From: Phaeosaccion multiseriatum
Taxonomy: Eukaryota > Protista > Ochrophyta, other classes
Direction: 5' to 3'
DNA: 64,000 bases
NCBI GenBank assembly: GCA_965112735.1
Contig: OZ218962.1
Coordinates: 2,294,001-2,358,000, forward strand
The position numbers and the translations under genes were made by a program. The notes beneath the pieces were generated by a model, which searched no databases, had not been told where the DNA came from, and worked only from the letters and a program-made list of their open reading frames with translations. Shown in pieces: positions 11,952 to 25,519 of this stretch. Position 1 is the first letter of the stretch, and the number at the start of each line of letters is the position of its first letter.

Positions 11952-13426
11952 CTACCCGCTGTTAGGCATGAGCATCCCAAGCGCTTCTTGCACCGACCGT
12001 GGCAACGCGTCCGCGGAGGACAACACCGCCCCTACCAGCAGGGCCAGGAGCAGCAGCAGCAGCAGCAAGCCCCCCACGCGCACAACCGTTTCGTCGTCGT
12101 CCTCCTCCTCGTCTTCGAGCCTCTTTCTCCTCCTCCTTACCCCGCTGCTGCTACTGCTGCTCCCCCCCCGCCCGCGTCCGCCCCCCCCTCCCTCCCCATC
12201 TTCATCGTCGTCCTCCCCAGCGCTGTCCTCCTCCCCCTCCTCCTCGAAACCGTCGAAGGCCACGCCATACTTGTTGCCCTTCCGCTTCGTCACCGCTCGC
12301 CGTTTCATTATCTTGGCCACGGAAGACACTTTGTAGATGCGGCGAATACCTCCGCCGCTGTCCACGCACGACTGAGTGATATAATGGAGATTAATGGTGG
12401 AGGATGGTCGTGGATGGATGGTAGTGGATGGATGATAGTGGATGGATGGTAGTGGATGGATGGCAGTGGATGGGGTTTGATTTGATGGGGAAGTTGTGCA
12501 TAGCATGGCAGCGCATGATGGCAGCGTGCGCAGTGGTTAAGAGAGGGAGGGGGGTAACATGAACATGCCCACATGAGGAACGACATGTGCAAGGAAGGAA
12601 GCGCGTTGGCGAAGAAAAGAGACAAGCTTATGCAGAGAGATGGACGTGTTGGTGGTTCAGTCAGTCTGTGAGTCTGTAAGTCAGGCCGCCCAGTCAGTCG
12701 AGCAGGAGGACAGGAAAGAGGGAGAGCGCGAGGGGAAAGAGAAAGAGGCACAAGACATGCACAAGAGAGAGGACCACGCGAAGGACAGAAGCGGGACACC
12801 CACAGACGGGAGAGAGAGAGAGAGAGAGGGGAGAGAGAGAGGAGACCGAGAGACACACACAAAGATGCAAAGAATCCGCCCACCCCACCGCTCGCCGCCC
12901 AGCACGCACGCACGTACATACGCACGCACATACGCACGCACATACGCACGCACGCACGCACGCACATACGCACGCACATACGCACGCACCCGAATGTCGC
13001 TGTTAATGATGTCATCGAGGCGCTTGAGCAGGGTCGCGTCCACCTTGAGGAAGGACGCAAAGTCCTGACTAGGCAGCTTGAGGCGGTAGTTCGCCAGCTC
13101 GGGCATGTCTCCGTCGGGAATGAGATGGCGGGCTTGAACTGGTGGATGAGTATAGGGACCGCGGTGTGTTCGTATGTCAACGGAGGGAGGGGGGAGGGAG
13201 GGAGGGAGGGAGGGAAGGAGGGAAGGGGGCCCGGGGGGTTAGAGGGAACGCGCCTCATCATTCGGCCAATAACTGCCTACGTGCGCTTCGGTCTCTGCCT
13301 TTTCCTTTGCTCTGACCAAGCTTGCGTGCGTGTATGTGTGTGTGAGTGTGTGAGAGAGAGTGAGGGAGAGAGAGAAAAAGAGAAGGAGAGAGAGAAAGAG
13401 AGAAGGAGAGAGAGAAAGAGAGAAGG

Positions 13427-13465
<39 letters not shown>

Positions 13466-15214
13466 CGAGAAAGAGAGACAGAGAGAAAGAGAGAAGGGAG
13501 AGAAAGAGCTCCTTCCTTCCACCCTTCAGGGTAACTCCTTGTCCGGCCCGCCACAACTGCCACTACCCCTGCCCCTTTCTCTCCTCTGACCACGCTCGTG
13601 AGAGAGAGAGAGAGTTCCAGAGAGAGTTCCAGAGAGAATTCCGGAGAGAGTTCCACCCTTCATTGCTGAAGGTCCTTATCCTCCGCCGCTTCAGCTCTTT
13701 CATGCCCCTGCCCTGCCCTGCCCACACACCTGTGCATACCATCCATTCCCCTCAGCCTTTCCAGCCCCCCCCGTGTGCCCCCGGTCGAATCCAAAGGCGT
13801 CGCCAGCGCACGACCCACTCTCACACTCAGTCAGTCAACCCCCCCAAGCCGCACCCCCCCCCCACCCAAGATCGACCACAACAGAGACCTTCAGCGTATT
13901 CCAAAGCATCCTCTACATACACACATACACACTTCCTTGCCGTACACGCTGAAAGCGTTTTGGAGTACAAGAGGGAGGGAGACACAGCCCCCCCGCAAAG
14001 ACAAACTCAAACTCAAACTGAAAGTACACGTCTTACGTACCTTGCTTGAACACGTCCTCGAGGTTGTCGATGAGCTGCGCCTTTCGCTCTGCCTTTCCGT
14101 ACAAATAGGGCATCTCTCGGCGGAGGAAATCGAGGATGCAGATGTGGACCTTGGAGAGGAGAGAGGGAAAGAGACAGAGGGAGGAAGAGGAGGAAGAGGA
14201 GGAAGAGGAAGAGGAGGAGGAGGAGGAGGAGGAGGAGGAGGAGGAGGAGGAGGGAGAGGGAGGGAGAGGAAGAGGGAGAGGGAGAGGAAGAGGGGAAGGA
14301 GAGGGAGAGAGGGAGACGAGAGAGAGGGGAGAGGGAGACGGAGGGGGAGAGGAACCAAGAGAGGGAGGGAGAGAGAGTGAGAGGGAAAGGCAGAGAGAGG
14401 GGGAGGAGGAGAGAGAGAAGGGAGAGAGTGAAAGACTTGAGAAGGGGGGGGCAGCGAGAGATACTCAGATGGAGATTGAAAGAGAGGAGACAACAGGAAA
14501 CTGTGACAGCGGAAGAGAAGACAATACAATACAGCAGTTGGTGATACGCCAGTGGTGCAGCAGCAGCAGTGGTGATAGAACAGCAGGGGTGGTACCGCCT
14601 CGCTAGAAAAAGCACAAAGCAGAAAAAACGTGACTTCCTGGCCGACTACTCACCTTGAGCATTCGGGCCCTTTTAATGACTTCATTGATCCTCCTGAGGC
14701 CAGTGTTGGTGGGGAGATCAAGCATCTCTTTGCGTAGCTTGGCCTCATCCTCGTCAAAGGTTGTGTCGTTAGGGGGGCTGCATTGGGTTGATTGGGAGAG
14801 GGGGGGGGGGAAGGAGGAGGGGAATGAGGGGAGGAGGAGGAGGAGGAGGAGGAGGAGGAGAAGGAGGAGGGGAATGAGGGGAGGAGGAGGAGGAGGAGGA
14901 GGAGGAGGAGGAGGAGGAGGAGGAGGAGGAGGAGGAGGAGGAGGAGGAGGAGGAGGAGGAGGAGGAGGAGGAGGAGGAGGAGGAGGAGGAGGAGGAGGAG
15001 GAGGAGGAGGAGGAGGAGGAGGAGGAGGAGGAGGAGGAGCCCGGGGGGGGGGGGCGGGGGGGCGGGGGGCGGGCCAAAGCACGGATTTGTTTCCGTGTAC
15101 GGCATGTTTGCCCTTGGCTCTACCCATGTGCCTCTGCCTCCTTCCCTGCCCGTACCCCTCTCTCCCCCTCTATGCCCATATGCCTTCTCTCTCTCCTCTT
15201 CCCTCTCTCTCGCC

Positions 15215-15261
<47 letters not shown>

Positions 15262-16065
15262 CCTCTCGCTCACTCGCCCACCCGCACCTGTCTGGGTGTC
15301 TTCGATTCCCCGACCACCACGACCCTACAAAGACAGGAGGGAGCTCGCTCTTCTTCCTAAAGGAGCGACTGATGGACCACATGAGCGCGCCATACACCTT
15401 AATGAGGCGGTCGGCATCGACCTCTTGCGCCTTGTTGAGGATGATGCGCACCTTGCCTGAGGAGGGGGGGAGGTGAGGGGAGGGGAGGGGAGGGTGAGAG
15501 GAGGGGAGGGGGAGAGGAGAGGGGAGGTGAGCAGGGAGAGAGGAGGAATGGAAAGGGAAGGAGGGGAGAGAAAGGGGGCGAATGAGTGAGGGAGAGGAGA
15601 GGGGACCAAAGGGTGTACAACGAGGGGAAGAGAGGAAGGGGGAGGAAAAGGAGAGGAGGAGCTTCCCTTTCTTGCTCTTCCTTGCTGAATCACCAACTTG
15701 CTTCCTGCACCCCCGACTTGCTTGCTTGTATCACCAACTTAGTTGCTTGCCTGTGTTGCCGGCCACCACGTCGAGCACCTCTCTGAACTCGTCTGAGATG
15801 TCGAGCTTGTGCGCGTCGAACATCACCAGGATGAGGTCGGAACGGTCGGCGAACCACTTGGCCACCGCGGGGAACGGGTAGCCTGGGAGGGAGGGGGAGG
15901 AAGGGGAGAGACGGGGGAAGGGGGGGGGGTGAGTGTGAGGTAGGGAGGGAGGGAAGGAGGGAGGGAAGGAGGGAGGGAGGGAGGGAGGGAGGGCGTACGA
16001 GTGTCAGGTGGGGAGGGAGGGAGGGAAGGAGGGAAGGAGACGTGTATGGTTCTCCGCCTCCTCCT

Positions 16066-16112
<47 letters not shown>

Positions 16113-16130
16113 CCTGCTACTATACTGTTA

Positions 16131-16184
<54 letters not shown>

Positions 16185-16885
16185 TTACTGCTGCTGCTGC
16201 TGCTGCTCACCTCTATCTATGCTTTGCTTCTCGCCCGCGAGCACCCCCGGGGAGTCCACGAAGGTAATATGCTGCAGCACCTCCGCAGGGAGGATGGAGG
16301 CCTCGAAGCGGTTGAGAAAGGAGGTTCCGAAACGACGGAGTCCTGCGAAGGGTAACTCGTCCATCACCGCGAGGGCCGTTCCTTTGATGATTCTCTCCTC
16401 CTCGCCCATTATCACCACCTGACACCACGCAGCCAAGCAGCGGCAAACGTGTTGGAAGGGGAAGGGGAAGGGGTGAGTGTGGGGTATGTGGAGTGGAGTG
16501 CATATACATGAGGTCAGACGAGAATCCACCACCGTACTTGACGGAGCCTGACGGAGCCTCTTGTCTTTCCCCGAGCCTCTTTGTTTGTTCATTGTCAGGC
16601 GAATGTCCATCACATCTTTCCCCAGCCTCTTTGTTTGTTCATTGTCAGGCGAATGTCCATAGCCTCTTTGTTTGTTCATTGTCAGGCGAATGTCCATCAC
16701 ACGGCACCGCCCTTGCCACTGCCTCTGCGTGTATAAAGGGATTGGGGTGGGTCTTACGTAACTGAGAGGAGAGTCTTACGTAACAGAGAGGAGAGAGGAG
16801 AGAGGAGGGAGGACAGCAGGGGCCTGTCTCCCTCTCCCTCCTTCCATATCTCTCTCATCTATGCGTCTCCCTCATCTCTCTCCCT

Positions 16886-16951
<66 letters not shown>

Positions 16952-17308
16952 CGTGTGTGATGTACCTGAAAGCCGTCGGTGCTAGGCTCCGGGCCAATGT
17001 TACAGTTGGGAAACGGCCTCCCGATGAGGTGTTGCACCATGGTGGTCTTACCCACACTGTACTGACCCAAGAGTAGCACTTGGGGCCGGGCTTGCAGCTC
17101 AGCCTCTGTGATGGGGTCCATGTGGAACAAGTGGAACAGAGAGGCCTCCTCCAGGGGAAGCAGCTTGTTCATGTACAGGACCTGTTGGTATGGGTTTAGG
17201 TGATGCGTGATGCATGATGCGTAATAGGCGGGGAGGGAGGGGGCGTGGTGAGGATCGGTTGAGAATGTAGGGAGGCGGGGAGGGGGGGAGACGAGAGGGG
17301 AAGAGAAA

Positions 17309-17344
<36 letters not shown>

Positions 17345-18075
17345 AGAAGAAGAAGAAGAAGAAGAAGAAGAAGGGGGAGGGAGAGGGAGGGATGAATGAG
17401 GAACCTCCACAGAGAGGGGAGAGGAGGGGAGGAGAGCGTTCGAGCGGAGCAGCAGGCGCATGGCGAGAGATGCACAGGCATGGCTCGCAGTGCAGTTACT
17501 CATCCACTCCTTCCCCTCGGCCACTGTTTTCTTACTTGGAGGGCGTCAAGCAGCTTTTGAATGTCCTCGTCCCGAGAGGTGACGGTGTGGGTGTCTGGAG
17601 GGGTGAGCAGGCGTGAAGTGGAGGTAGAGAGACGGGAAAGAGAGAGAGAGGGGAAGAGAAGAGATTAAGAGGGAGGAGAGGCAGAGAGGGAGAGGGACGA
17701 GGGAGAGAAGAAGCAGAGGGAGAAGAGAGAGGAAGAGAGGCAGGGAGAGAAAGAGACAGAGGGGCAGAGACGCAGAGCGAGACCGACCGATGGGATCGTG
17801 GTGAGAGGGCCTAAGCAGAAAGTACAGTGTTGTAACACTAGACTCGAATCAATTCCAAGCCACCTGCAACAATGCAACAGGTCGCTGCCGATCGTGAACA
17901 GACCTGCAGACGGTGGGTTTTTCGCCTTCGCCGCCCTCCCCGCTCCTGATTTATTCTCCCTCACATCCTTCTCTGCCTCCTCCTCTCCCTCCTCCTCTAC
18001 CTCCTCCTCTACCTTCTTCACCTCCACATCACCAACAACATCATATCCATTGGCTTCTGCCTTAACAGCCTCCAT
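11952..18075 (-). CDS. EHD/RME-1-like dynamin-superfamily ATPase, apparently without an EH domain and with a C-terminal hydrophobic segment
   Basis: About 10 frame-consistent exons. They give KLLPLEE, P-loop GQYSVGKTT, IGPEPSTDGF, FVDSPGVL, WFADRSDLILVMFDAHKLDISDEF, RIILNKA, VYGALMWS, RRINEVIKRAR and GDMP. The last exon is 12371-11952. The start at 18075 is inferred. Confidence 0.92.
16574..16697. repeat. Intronic direct repeat, 3 copies of a 37-nt unit
   Basis: AGCCTCTTTGTTTGTTCATTGTCAGGCGAATGTCCAT occurs three times in an EHD intron. Confidence 0.9.
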
Positions 18076-18735
18076 ATGGTGTTTGTTGGTCTGCGCCTTA
18101 CAGCTACAGACCACAAAGACAGAAAGGAGTGAATCAGAAACAAGCACGAAAAAAAAAAAATTCAAACGCGATCGACTTTGAAAATCGACCCTCTCGATAC
18201 TTTTTTTTCCCCTTCCTCCTTCCCCCTCCTTACTCTTCACCTTGTGGAAGAGATGGTAGAAAGATAATTCGCACCACCTTGCTGCTAGGGCGGTTGGTAC
18301 TCTTGCCGTCGTTGTGATATTACACCTAATTGTACATATATTCATCGGATTCTCTTTCTCTTCACCATCTGTTCTATCTTTTCCTTCTGTTCCTCTTTAC
18401 CTCCTGTACCTTCTGTACCTACTGTAGTCACGCCGCCACCGCGTCTCGTCTCTCTTCCCCCTCTCTCTCTCGCCCCCCCCCCCCCCTCCCCCTCCTCTTT
18501 CTCTGTTCTCTATGGACCCTTCCTCCGTTGCTGTTTGTCTGTGAGTGGAGCAAAGCTTCAAACTCACGCACCGCCAGCTCCCTCCTCCTCATCATCAGAT
18601 GACGGTGAGCACCCTTCTTCCTCTCCTCCTCCTCTTTCTCCTCTTCTTTCTCCTCCTCCTCCTCCTCCTCCTCCTCCTCCTCCTCATCATCATCACACGA
18701 TGGTGAGCACACAACCTCCTCCTCCTCCTCCTCCT

Positions 18736-20577
18736 TCAGCCCCTAAACCGCGCGTGCACACCAGGCACCAAGTCTTCAATGAGCTTCCCCGTGAGCGTCT
18801 CGGCCTCGTAGACGGATCGAAACAGCTCCTGCCACTCAACAAAGGCCTTCAGGTGCTGGGCCGTCACCGTCGCTCCTGGAGGCATGGCAACCTTCTCTGC
18901 CAGCGCCGCTGCTGCCCAGCCGCCCCCTTTGCCCTTCTTGCCGACCGCCGCCACGACCCCGAGCTCTCGTGGAAGCTTCTTGATGAGCCAGCGCAAGAAG
19001 TGGAGTCGCCAAGTTCGTGATACAACAGGAGCAGCAGCAGCAGCAGCAACGCTTGAGCCACCTGAACCACTACCAGCATCACCACCCGGCGAGGGTGCGC
19101 TGCTGCTGCTGCTGCTGCTGCTGCTGCAAAAGCCACAGTTTCTGGGACAGCCTTCCGTCTTGCCCTTGCCCCCCGTCGCCTCCAGCATCGACGCGCACAG
19201 GATCTTACCCTGCTGCTGTATCACCAACTGCTGCATGGCCTGAGGTTGGGCGGCAGCGGCAGCAGCAACAGCGACGATAGGAGCAGAGGCAGGAGTAGCC
19301 ATTCCCTCTCCCATGTCTGCCTGAAACACTCCTGTTCCTGCTCCTGCTCCTTCTGCTGCGCTTTGCCCTGTTGCTCCTCCTCCTGCTCCTGCTCCTGCTC
19401 CTTGTCCTCCCCCTGCCACCACTGCTCCTCCTGTACCACCACGTCCTCCCCCTGCTGCTGCCCCCTCTACGGCTGCGACTGCTTGTGATCGGGCTCTTCT
19501 CTTAGCGAGGGCGGCGTCAAAGCGCAAGAAGAGGGCCTCCGTGTCCGCCCAGGTCACCAACGCCGCTGCCACAAGCACCTTGCTCCAGCTGCATGCACCA
19601 GGGCAGGAAGGAAGGGGGATGAGGGCGATCAGGAAGGCAGGGGAAAGGGCCGTCTTGTATGCAGTCCCAAGCACAGGTTGTACCTTTAATTAATTAAAAG
19701 CATTGTTTTACACCGACAGAAAGACAGAGACGTCTATTCTCTCTCAACACACACGCGCGCGCGCACACACACACACGCACGCACACACCCACCCACACAT
19801 ACACACACAAAAACACAAAAACATACACACACGCACACATACACACACACCCCCGCGCACAAACACACATGCTTACGCACGCATATATACGAACGCACAC
19901 ACGTACGTACCTACCTACGTACGTACCTGGGTCTGAGGGCTGAGGCGCTCAAGAAGTCCCTCAGTACAGCGTCCCCATATTCCTTCGTCATGGCCACCGC
20001 AGCCGAACATTGTCGATGGCCCGCCGCCGCTGGTGATGATGATGATCCTGCTGCTGCTGCTGGTGGTGGTGGTGGTGGTGCTGAATCAGGTGATGACGGC
20101 GGCTCTTGCTTCCCTCCCCCCCCCGCCGCTGCCGCCGCCCCAGCAGAAGAAGGGGCACGGGCGGGAGGAGGACCGCAGCGAGCCGAGCGGGAGGGAGCCG
20201 CCAGCATGGCCTCTATTGAGGACCACATCATCGAAGGGTCCACAGAGGCGTCACCGCGCACATAAAGCAGTCTCCGGTGCTGCCACATTCGGCTCTCCAG
20301 CAGCTGACTCTTCAGCCACTCCAGTCGGACACTCCTCGCCAGTGCTCGCTTCGCCGCTCGGTTGTTGCGCATTGGAACGTCACTCTGGGAGTGAGAATGA
20401 GGGACAGAATGAGAGCGTAAGGGTGAGGGTGAGGGTGAGAGGAGAGTGAGGATCGGGGTGGGCGTGCGGGTGAGGGTGACAGAGGGCGAGGGTGAGGGTG
20501 GGGGTGAGGGTGAGGGTGAGAGTGGGGGTGAGGGTGAGGGTGAGGGTGGAGGGTGAGGGTGAGGGTGAGGGTGAGGA

Positions 20578-20609
<32 letters not shown>

Positions 20610-21899
20610 GGGGTGGGGGTGAGGGTGAGGGTGAGGGTGAGGGCGAGGGCCAGGGTCAAGGTCAGGTTGAGGGTGAGGGTCAAGATCAAGGTGAGGAGCC
20701 GGGTAACGGGTCAGGGTCAGCATCAGAGCCAGAGGTCAGGGTCACGGCTAGGATCAGGACCAGAAATCAGGGTCAGAGTCATTGTTAACATCGGGTCAGG
20801 GGTCAGGGGCCGCGCACAACACCACCAAAACAACGAACAACAAGAAAAGGAAGGCAACTCGCAAGGATTCTGCCTCTCCCCCTCCCCGCCCCCTCCTTCC
20901 CTCCTCCCCCTTCCCACCTTGCTTTTCTCGAGCTTGGCCGCGTTTTTCAACACTTTCTTGGCGTATTTTTCCATCTCTGCTTTCTGCCATGGCGTCTGGG
21001 AAACCGTAGAGCTCCCTCCTCCTCCTCCCCCGGTGGTGCGACTGAGGGCTGTGTGGTATACTTCGGCTGTTATAAACATATTACGGCTGTGGTGCACGCG
21101 TTTGCTGCTGATGATGGCATTCAGAGGGCCCTCTTTCGCATCTCCAACAAGCCTCTGGGCCTCTCTGTAAATAGAGAGGGGGAGGGGGGAGGAGCAGGAT
21201 GAGGAGGGGACAAGGGGGGGAGGATGAGAGTGAGGAGTGAGGTAATCTGCGCATCATTCGAGGTTTGGAGTGGGAGAGGGAGGGGAAGGGGGAGAGGAGG
21301 GGGGGGATGAGACAGGCGGTGGAGAGGGTAAAGGGGAGGACACTTGAGAGAAAGCGGCGGAGAGAGAGAACGGAGAAGAGAGGGAGAGAGACGGAGAGAA
21401 GGAGATTGAGAGGGCATGCGAGTGCGGGGGGTCGGCCGGAAAGAGTCCGGGGGGTGAGGTAAAAATCAGGGGGGAGGGGGGGAGGGGCGGGATAATTAGC
21501 GCGAGGGTGTGGGAGGGGCGTCGAGGGCTACCCACATTACATCAGGAGGAATCAAGAGGAGGGGGGGGGGGGAGGAGAAGAAAAGGGGGGGGTGCTAAGG
21601 AGGCATGCCATGAGGCGGGCTTTTCGTACTCACTTGGGGTATAGCATGCTCTTCTTGCCAAAGAAGGACGCGCAGGTGGGACAGCAGATGGTACACCTGA
21701 CACCGTGGAACTCGGCCATGTGGGGAATGGGCTGGTGGCATCCAACACACTCCGGGCGGTTGTCGGCAGATGCCGCGGGAGCCGCCGCAGCACCTGTAGC
21801 GGTGCGTTCTGTAGCGGTGCGTTCTGCAAGCTGCCATGTGCTTCCACCAAAGTTCGCGTGCACCGCTGCGTCTGGCATCTCCGCGTCCTCGTAAATCAT
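18736..21899 (-). CDS. Uncharacterised protein with an N-terminal Cys cluster (CxxC...CxxCCPxC, zinc-ribbon-like)
   Basis: Four exons (~21899-21634, ~21164-20918, ~20384-19927, ~19588-18736) join in frame at canonical GT-AG sites (phases 2, 0, 2). No family recognised. The 3' end could be extended by another exon near 18430-18610. Confidence 0.65.
20420..20810. repeat. (GGGTGA)n / (GGGTCA)n hexamer array in an intron
   Basis: Dozens of GGGTGA units grade into GGGTCA variants. Confidence 0.9.
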
Positions 21900-22052
21900 C
21901 TTCTTTTTTTTCCTCCCCCTTGCTTTCTCCGATTGTAAAAGGAGCCAGCCGAGGGTTAAGCCCCATCTGTGATCTTGCCATCTGGACACCCACTCCGCTC
22001 ACTTGCCATTTTTTTCCCTCCCTCCCCCTCGCTTTCGCCTCTATTTTTCCGA
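21900..22052. promoter_or_regulatory. Putative bidirectional promoter (~150 bp)
   Basis: Divergent start codons at 21899 (-) and 22053 (+). Inferred from geometry only. Confidence 0.45.
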
Positions 22053-23034
22053 ATGGCGAAAAAGGAGTACCTGCTGGCCAACTTGGGAAGCAGCAGCAGT
22101 AGTAGTAGTAGTAGCAGTAGCAATAACAGCAATGGCAAAGTGGAGCAAAGTCTGGAAGAGGCGGGAAGCGGAAGCAGTGCCCCCGCCCAAGAACCAAGAG
22201 GCTGGCCGACTGTCCTCTCCTCCACGAGGGTAAACGTCGACGGAAATGATAGTGAGGAGGAGGATAGCGGTGGGAGGCATGGCCGCAGCCGGAGGAGAGA
22301 CAAGAGAAAAGCCGGGTACGGGCTCCTCATCAGCAGCAGCGGAAGCACCAGCACCAGGCAACTCAACGCCGCCGACGGAGGCGAGCAAGACGACGAAGAC
22401 TACATAGAGGAGCAAGACGAAGAGCGCGCCATTACCACCGCCCTCAGCATACCCCTCGACATGGATGAAGTGCTTGAGCAAGTGGGCTTCGGTCCCTGGT
22501 GGGGGCTGGTCCTGTCCGGTCTCTGCCTGGGCAATGCGGGCATGGCAGGGCAGGCGGGCATCCTCACCTTCCTCAGTGGGTGCGTCAGGCAGGATTGGGG
22601 AATTTCCTCCAACGATGAGGCCGCCATCTCCAGTATTGTGAGTAGTCAGAGGTGTTAAGCAGTAGTGAATTGTGAGGACTGAATAGTTGGATGGCAATGC
22701 ATGGCAAGAAGTTGCTGCCGACGCCGCCGCCGCTGCAGCCAGGGTCTCTGATGGCGGGCATGGGAGAGAGAGAGAGGTGGGGGGAGGTGGATAGAGTCAC
22801 CTTCTCTTCCTGTCCCTCCGCAGCCTCACGCCCAGTGCTTGCTTACTTCTTCGCACCGCCCCCCCCCCACCGTCCCGTACCCCACCAGGTCTTCTTCTCG
22901 ACAGCTGCCGGGGCCCTGGTGTGGGGGCCTTGGGTGGACAAGCGAGGCCGAAGAAAGGGAACCCTTCTCGTGACGGCAGGAGTCGCCTTCTTCGGCTTCC
23001 TTACCGCCGCTAGCCCCAACCTTGTGAGTCTTGG

Positions 23035-23077
<43 letters not shown>

Positions 23078-23514
23078 CCCATATACTTGCTGCTGCTGCG
23101 GCTGCTCTGGGGTCAGCCTTCCACACACGTGGCTGACGCAGGTTCAGCTTCAGTTTCAGTTTCAGTTTCAAGGACCCCCCTCTTCTCTTCAGGCCAGCCC
23201 CTTACCCTAGTTGTGATTGGCCCACCTCCACGCTCACCACACACTTGAAACTTGAAATTGCCCCCCACCCACCTACTGCCTTCCATCCATCCATCCATTG
23301 TTTCTCTGCCGTCCATCCCATCTACTGCCATCCACCCCCCAGGCGTGGCTGCTCTTCTTTCGTGGCATGGTGGGCTTCAGTCTCGGAGGGGCAGCGGCTC
23401 CCTTCGTGTATCTTGAGGAGATCTCCACCCCGCGGCACAGGGGGATGGTCATGATCGCCTACTTCGCCTGGTGGGCAATGGGCACGCTCGCGCTCACGGG
23501 CATGGTAGGGAAGG

Positions 23515-23545
<31 letters not shown>

Positions 23546-24083
23546 TGTGTGTGTGTGTGTGCGACCAACCCAGAAAGCGAAACAAACAACCAAATGAATA
23601 AGAAACTTAACAACTTCTTGTCCTGCCCTCTCCCCTCCTCCACCCCTCCTACCCGTGCCCCCCTCCCCTCTCTCCTCTCTCCTCTCTCCTCCTCCCAGGC
23701 ATGGTTGTTCTTGTCAGCTGGCGACGCAAACCGAAACGCCCAAGCCGATGCCCATGAGAGCAGTGGCGGTAGTGGCTGGAGGGTGCTGGTGGCAGCCTCT
23801 GCGGCGGTAGAGCTGGTGGCGCTGCTGCTGCTGCTGCCGTGTATTTACGAGTCGCCGCGGTGGTTGCTCGCTGCGGGGAGGAAGGATGAGGCTGAGTACA
23901 CGCTGAGGCGCATGGCCAAGAGGAACGGACGAGAGCTGTCCGCAGAGGTGAGGGAGAGTGTGTGTGTGAGAGAGAGGGGAGGGAGGGAGGGAGGGAGGGA
24001 GAGAGGGAGGAAGGAGGGAGGGAGGGAGGGAGGAAGGAGGGAGGGAGGGAGGGAGGGAGGAAGGAGGGAGGGAGCCAATCATG

Positions 24084-24114
<31 letters not shown>

Positions 24115-24116
24115 AC

Positions 24117-24156
<40 letters not shown>

Positions 24157-24183
24157 CCACACACATCCACACACACGCACGCA

Positions 24184-24238
<55 letters not shown>

Positions 24239-25519
24239 AAACACCCACACACACACATACACTCACCCACTCACCCACCCCACCACACACCAACCCACGC
24301 CACCCCAACCCGCCCACCCACACACGCGCGCACACACACACACACGCAAGGTGAGTCTGAAGGACGTTCCTCGAAAGTTCTCCGAGGGTCGAGGAGGTTA
24401 CCGAGCCGTGTTCTCCGCCCCTCTGTGGCGCCGCTCCTGCTTGCTACTCGGGGCGGACTTTGCCATCAACTTCTGCTACGTCTCCACCATTCTCTTCGTC
24501 ATGGCGGTGGTTCAGGGGGGGAGGGGGGGGGGAGGAGGTGAGTGGATATGATGAGATCGGAGATGGTACGGTGGTGGGGGTGGATGCGTGTGTGTGTAGG
24601 TGGGTGGGATCGAGGGAGCAAAAATCGGCTTTGGGTCTTTCAGTCTCGATGCGACGCCATCTTGTGGCTTTGACCCTTTGGACTCTTTGTCGACCCTCTC
24701 CTCTCTCCACCTCCTCTCCCCCCCCCCTCCCCCCCCCTCTTTCCCTCTCCTCAGCCGAGAGCGGCGAAGGCGAGTGCTCTTTCGATTACCTGTTCATTCT
24801 CGTGTCCGCCTCCGGAGAGCTTGTGTCACTCTTCCTCCTCTTCGGAGTCGTTGACACGTGGGGTCGCAAGACATGCTCCATTCTCTTTGGGCTCCTCGCG
24901 GCCTTCTTGCTGCCCTTCATTACCCTCTACAATAGTAGCAGCAGCAGCAGTACCACCACCCTCTACGGTAGCACTTCTAGTGGTGGTGGTGGTGGTGGTG
25001 GTGGTGGTGGTAGTAGTCTTCCTGGCAGCGACATCACAGATGACAGCAGCGCCAGTGGGAGTATGAACAACACCTTCGCCTACTTGGCAGCCTGCGGGGC
25101 TCGTGGTAGCGTGGCGGCCGCTGTCTCTGCTTTCAGTGTGTGGGTACCGGAGCTATACCCAACTGAGCTCCGCAATACGGCTAGCAGCCTCAGCTGGGTG
25201 GTGGGCAACCTCGGGTCCGGCTTAGGTGAGCAAACTTTTTCTTGGGATTTAGTCGTGACCCTCGCCCTGACGCTTCGAGTCTGAGTCTGGCCCCTCACCT
25301 TCACCCGATTCCTACCCACCCACCCCCCCACCCATTGACGTCCTACATCCACCTTGCCATTTGTCAGCCTCCTTCTACGTGTACGACATCTCCACGGATT
25401 ACCTCCCTCTCTGCCTGGCGGTGAGCGCTGTGCTTGTGGCCAACTCGGCGCTTCTGCTGCTGCTGCCCGAGACCAAGCGCTCCAGCCTCGATCTTACGGT
25501 TTCACTGACCCGATCGTGA
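22053..25519 (+). CDS. MFS transporter, SV2/SVOP-like (sugar/organic cation transporter superfamily)
   Basis: Seven exons (22053-22637, 22889-23023, 23343-23504, 23699-23947, ~24351-24515, ~24755-25226, 25368-25519). They give LEQVGFG, motif [43 protein letters not shown] and PETK, with multiple TM segments. Confidence 0.92.

Noticed and set aside
16574-16697. 37-nt direct repeats resembling a CRISPR array
   Set aside because: Only 3 copies with no unique spacers, inside a eukaryotic intron, and no cas genes.
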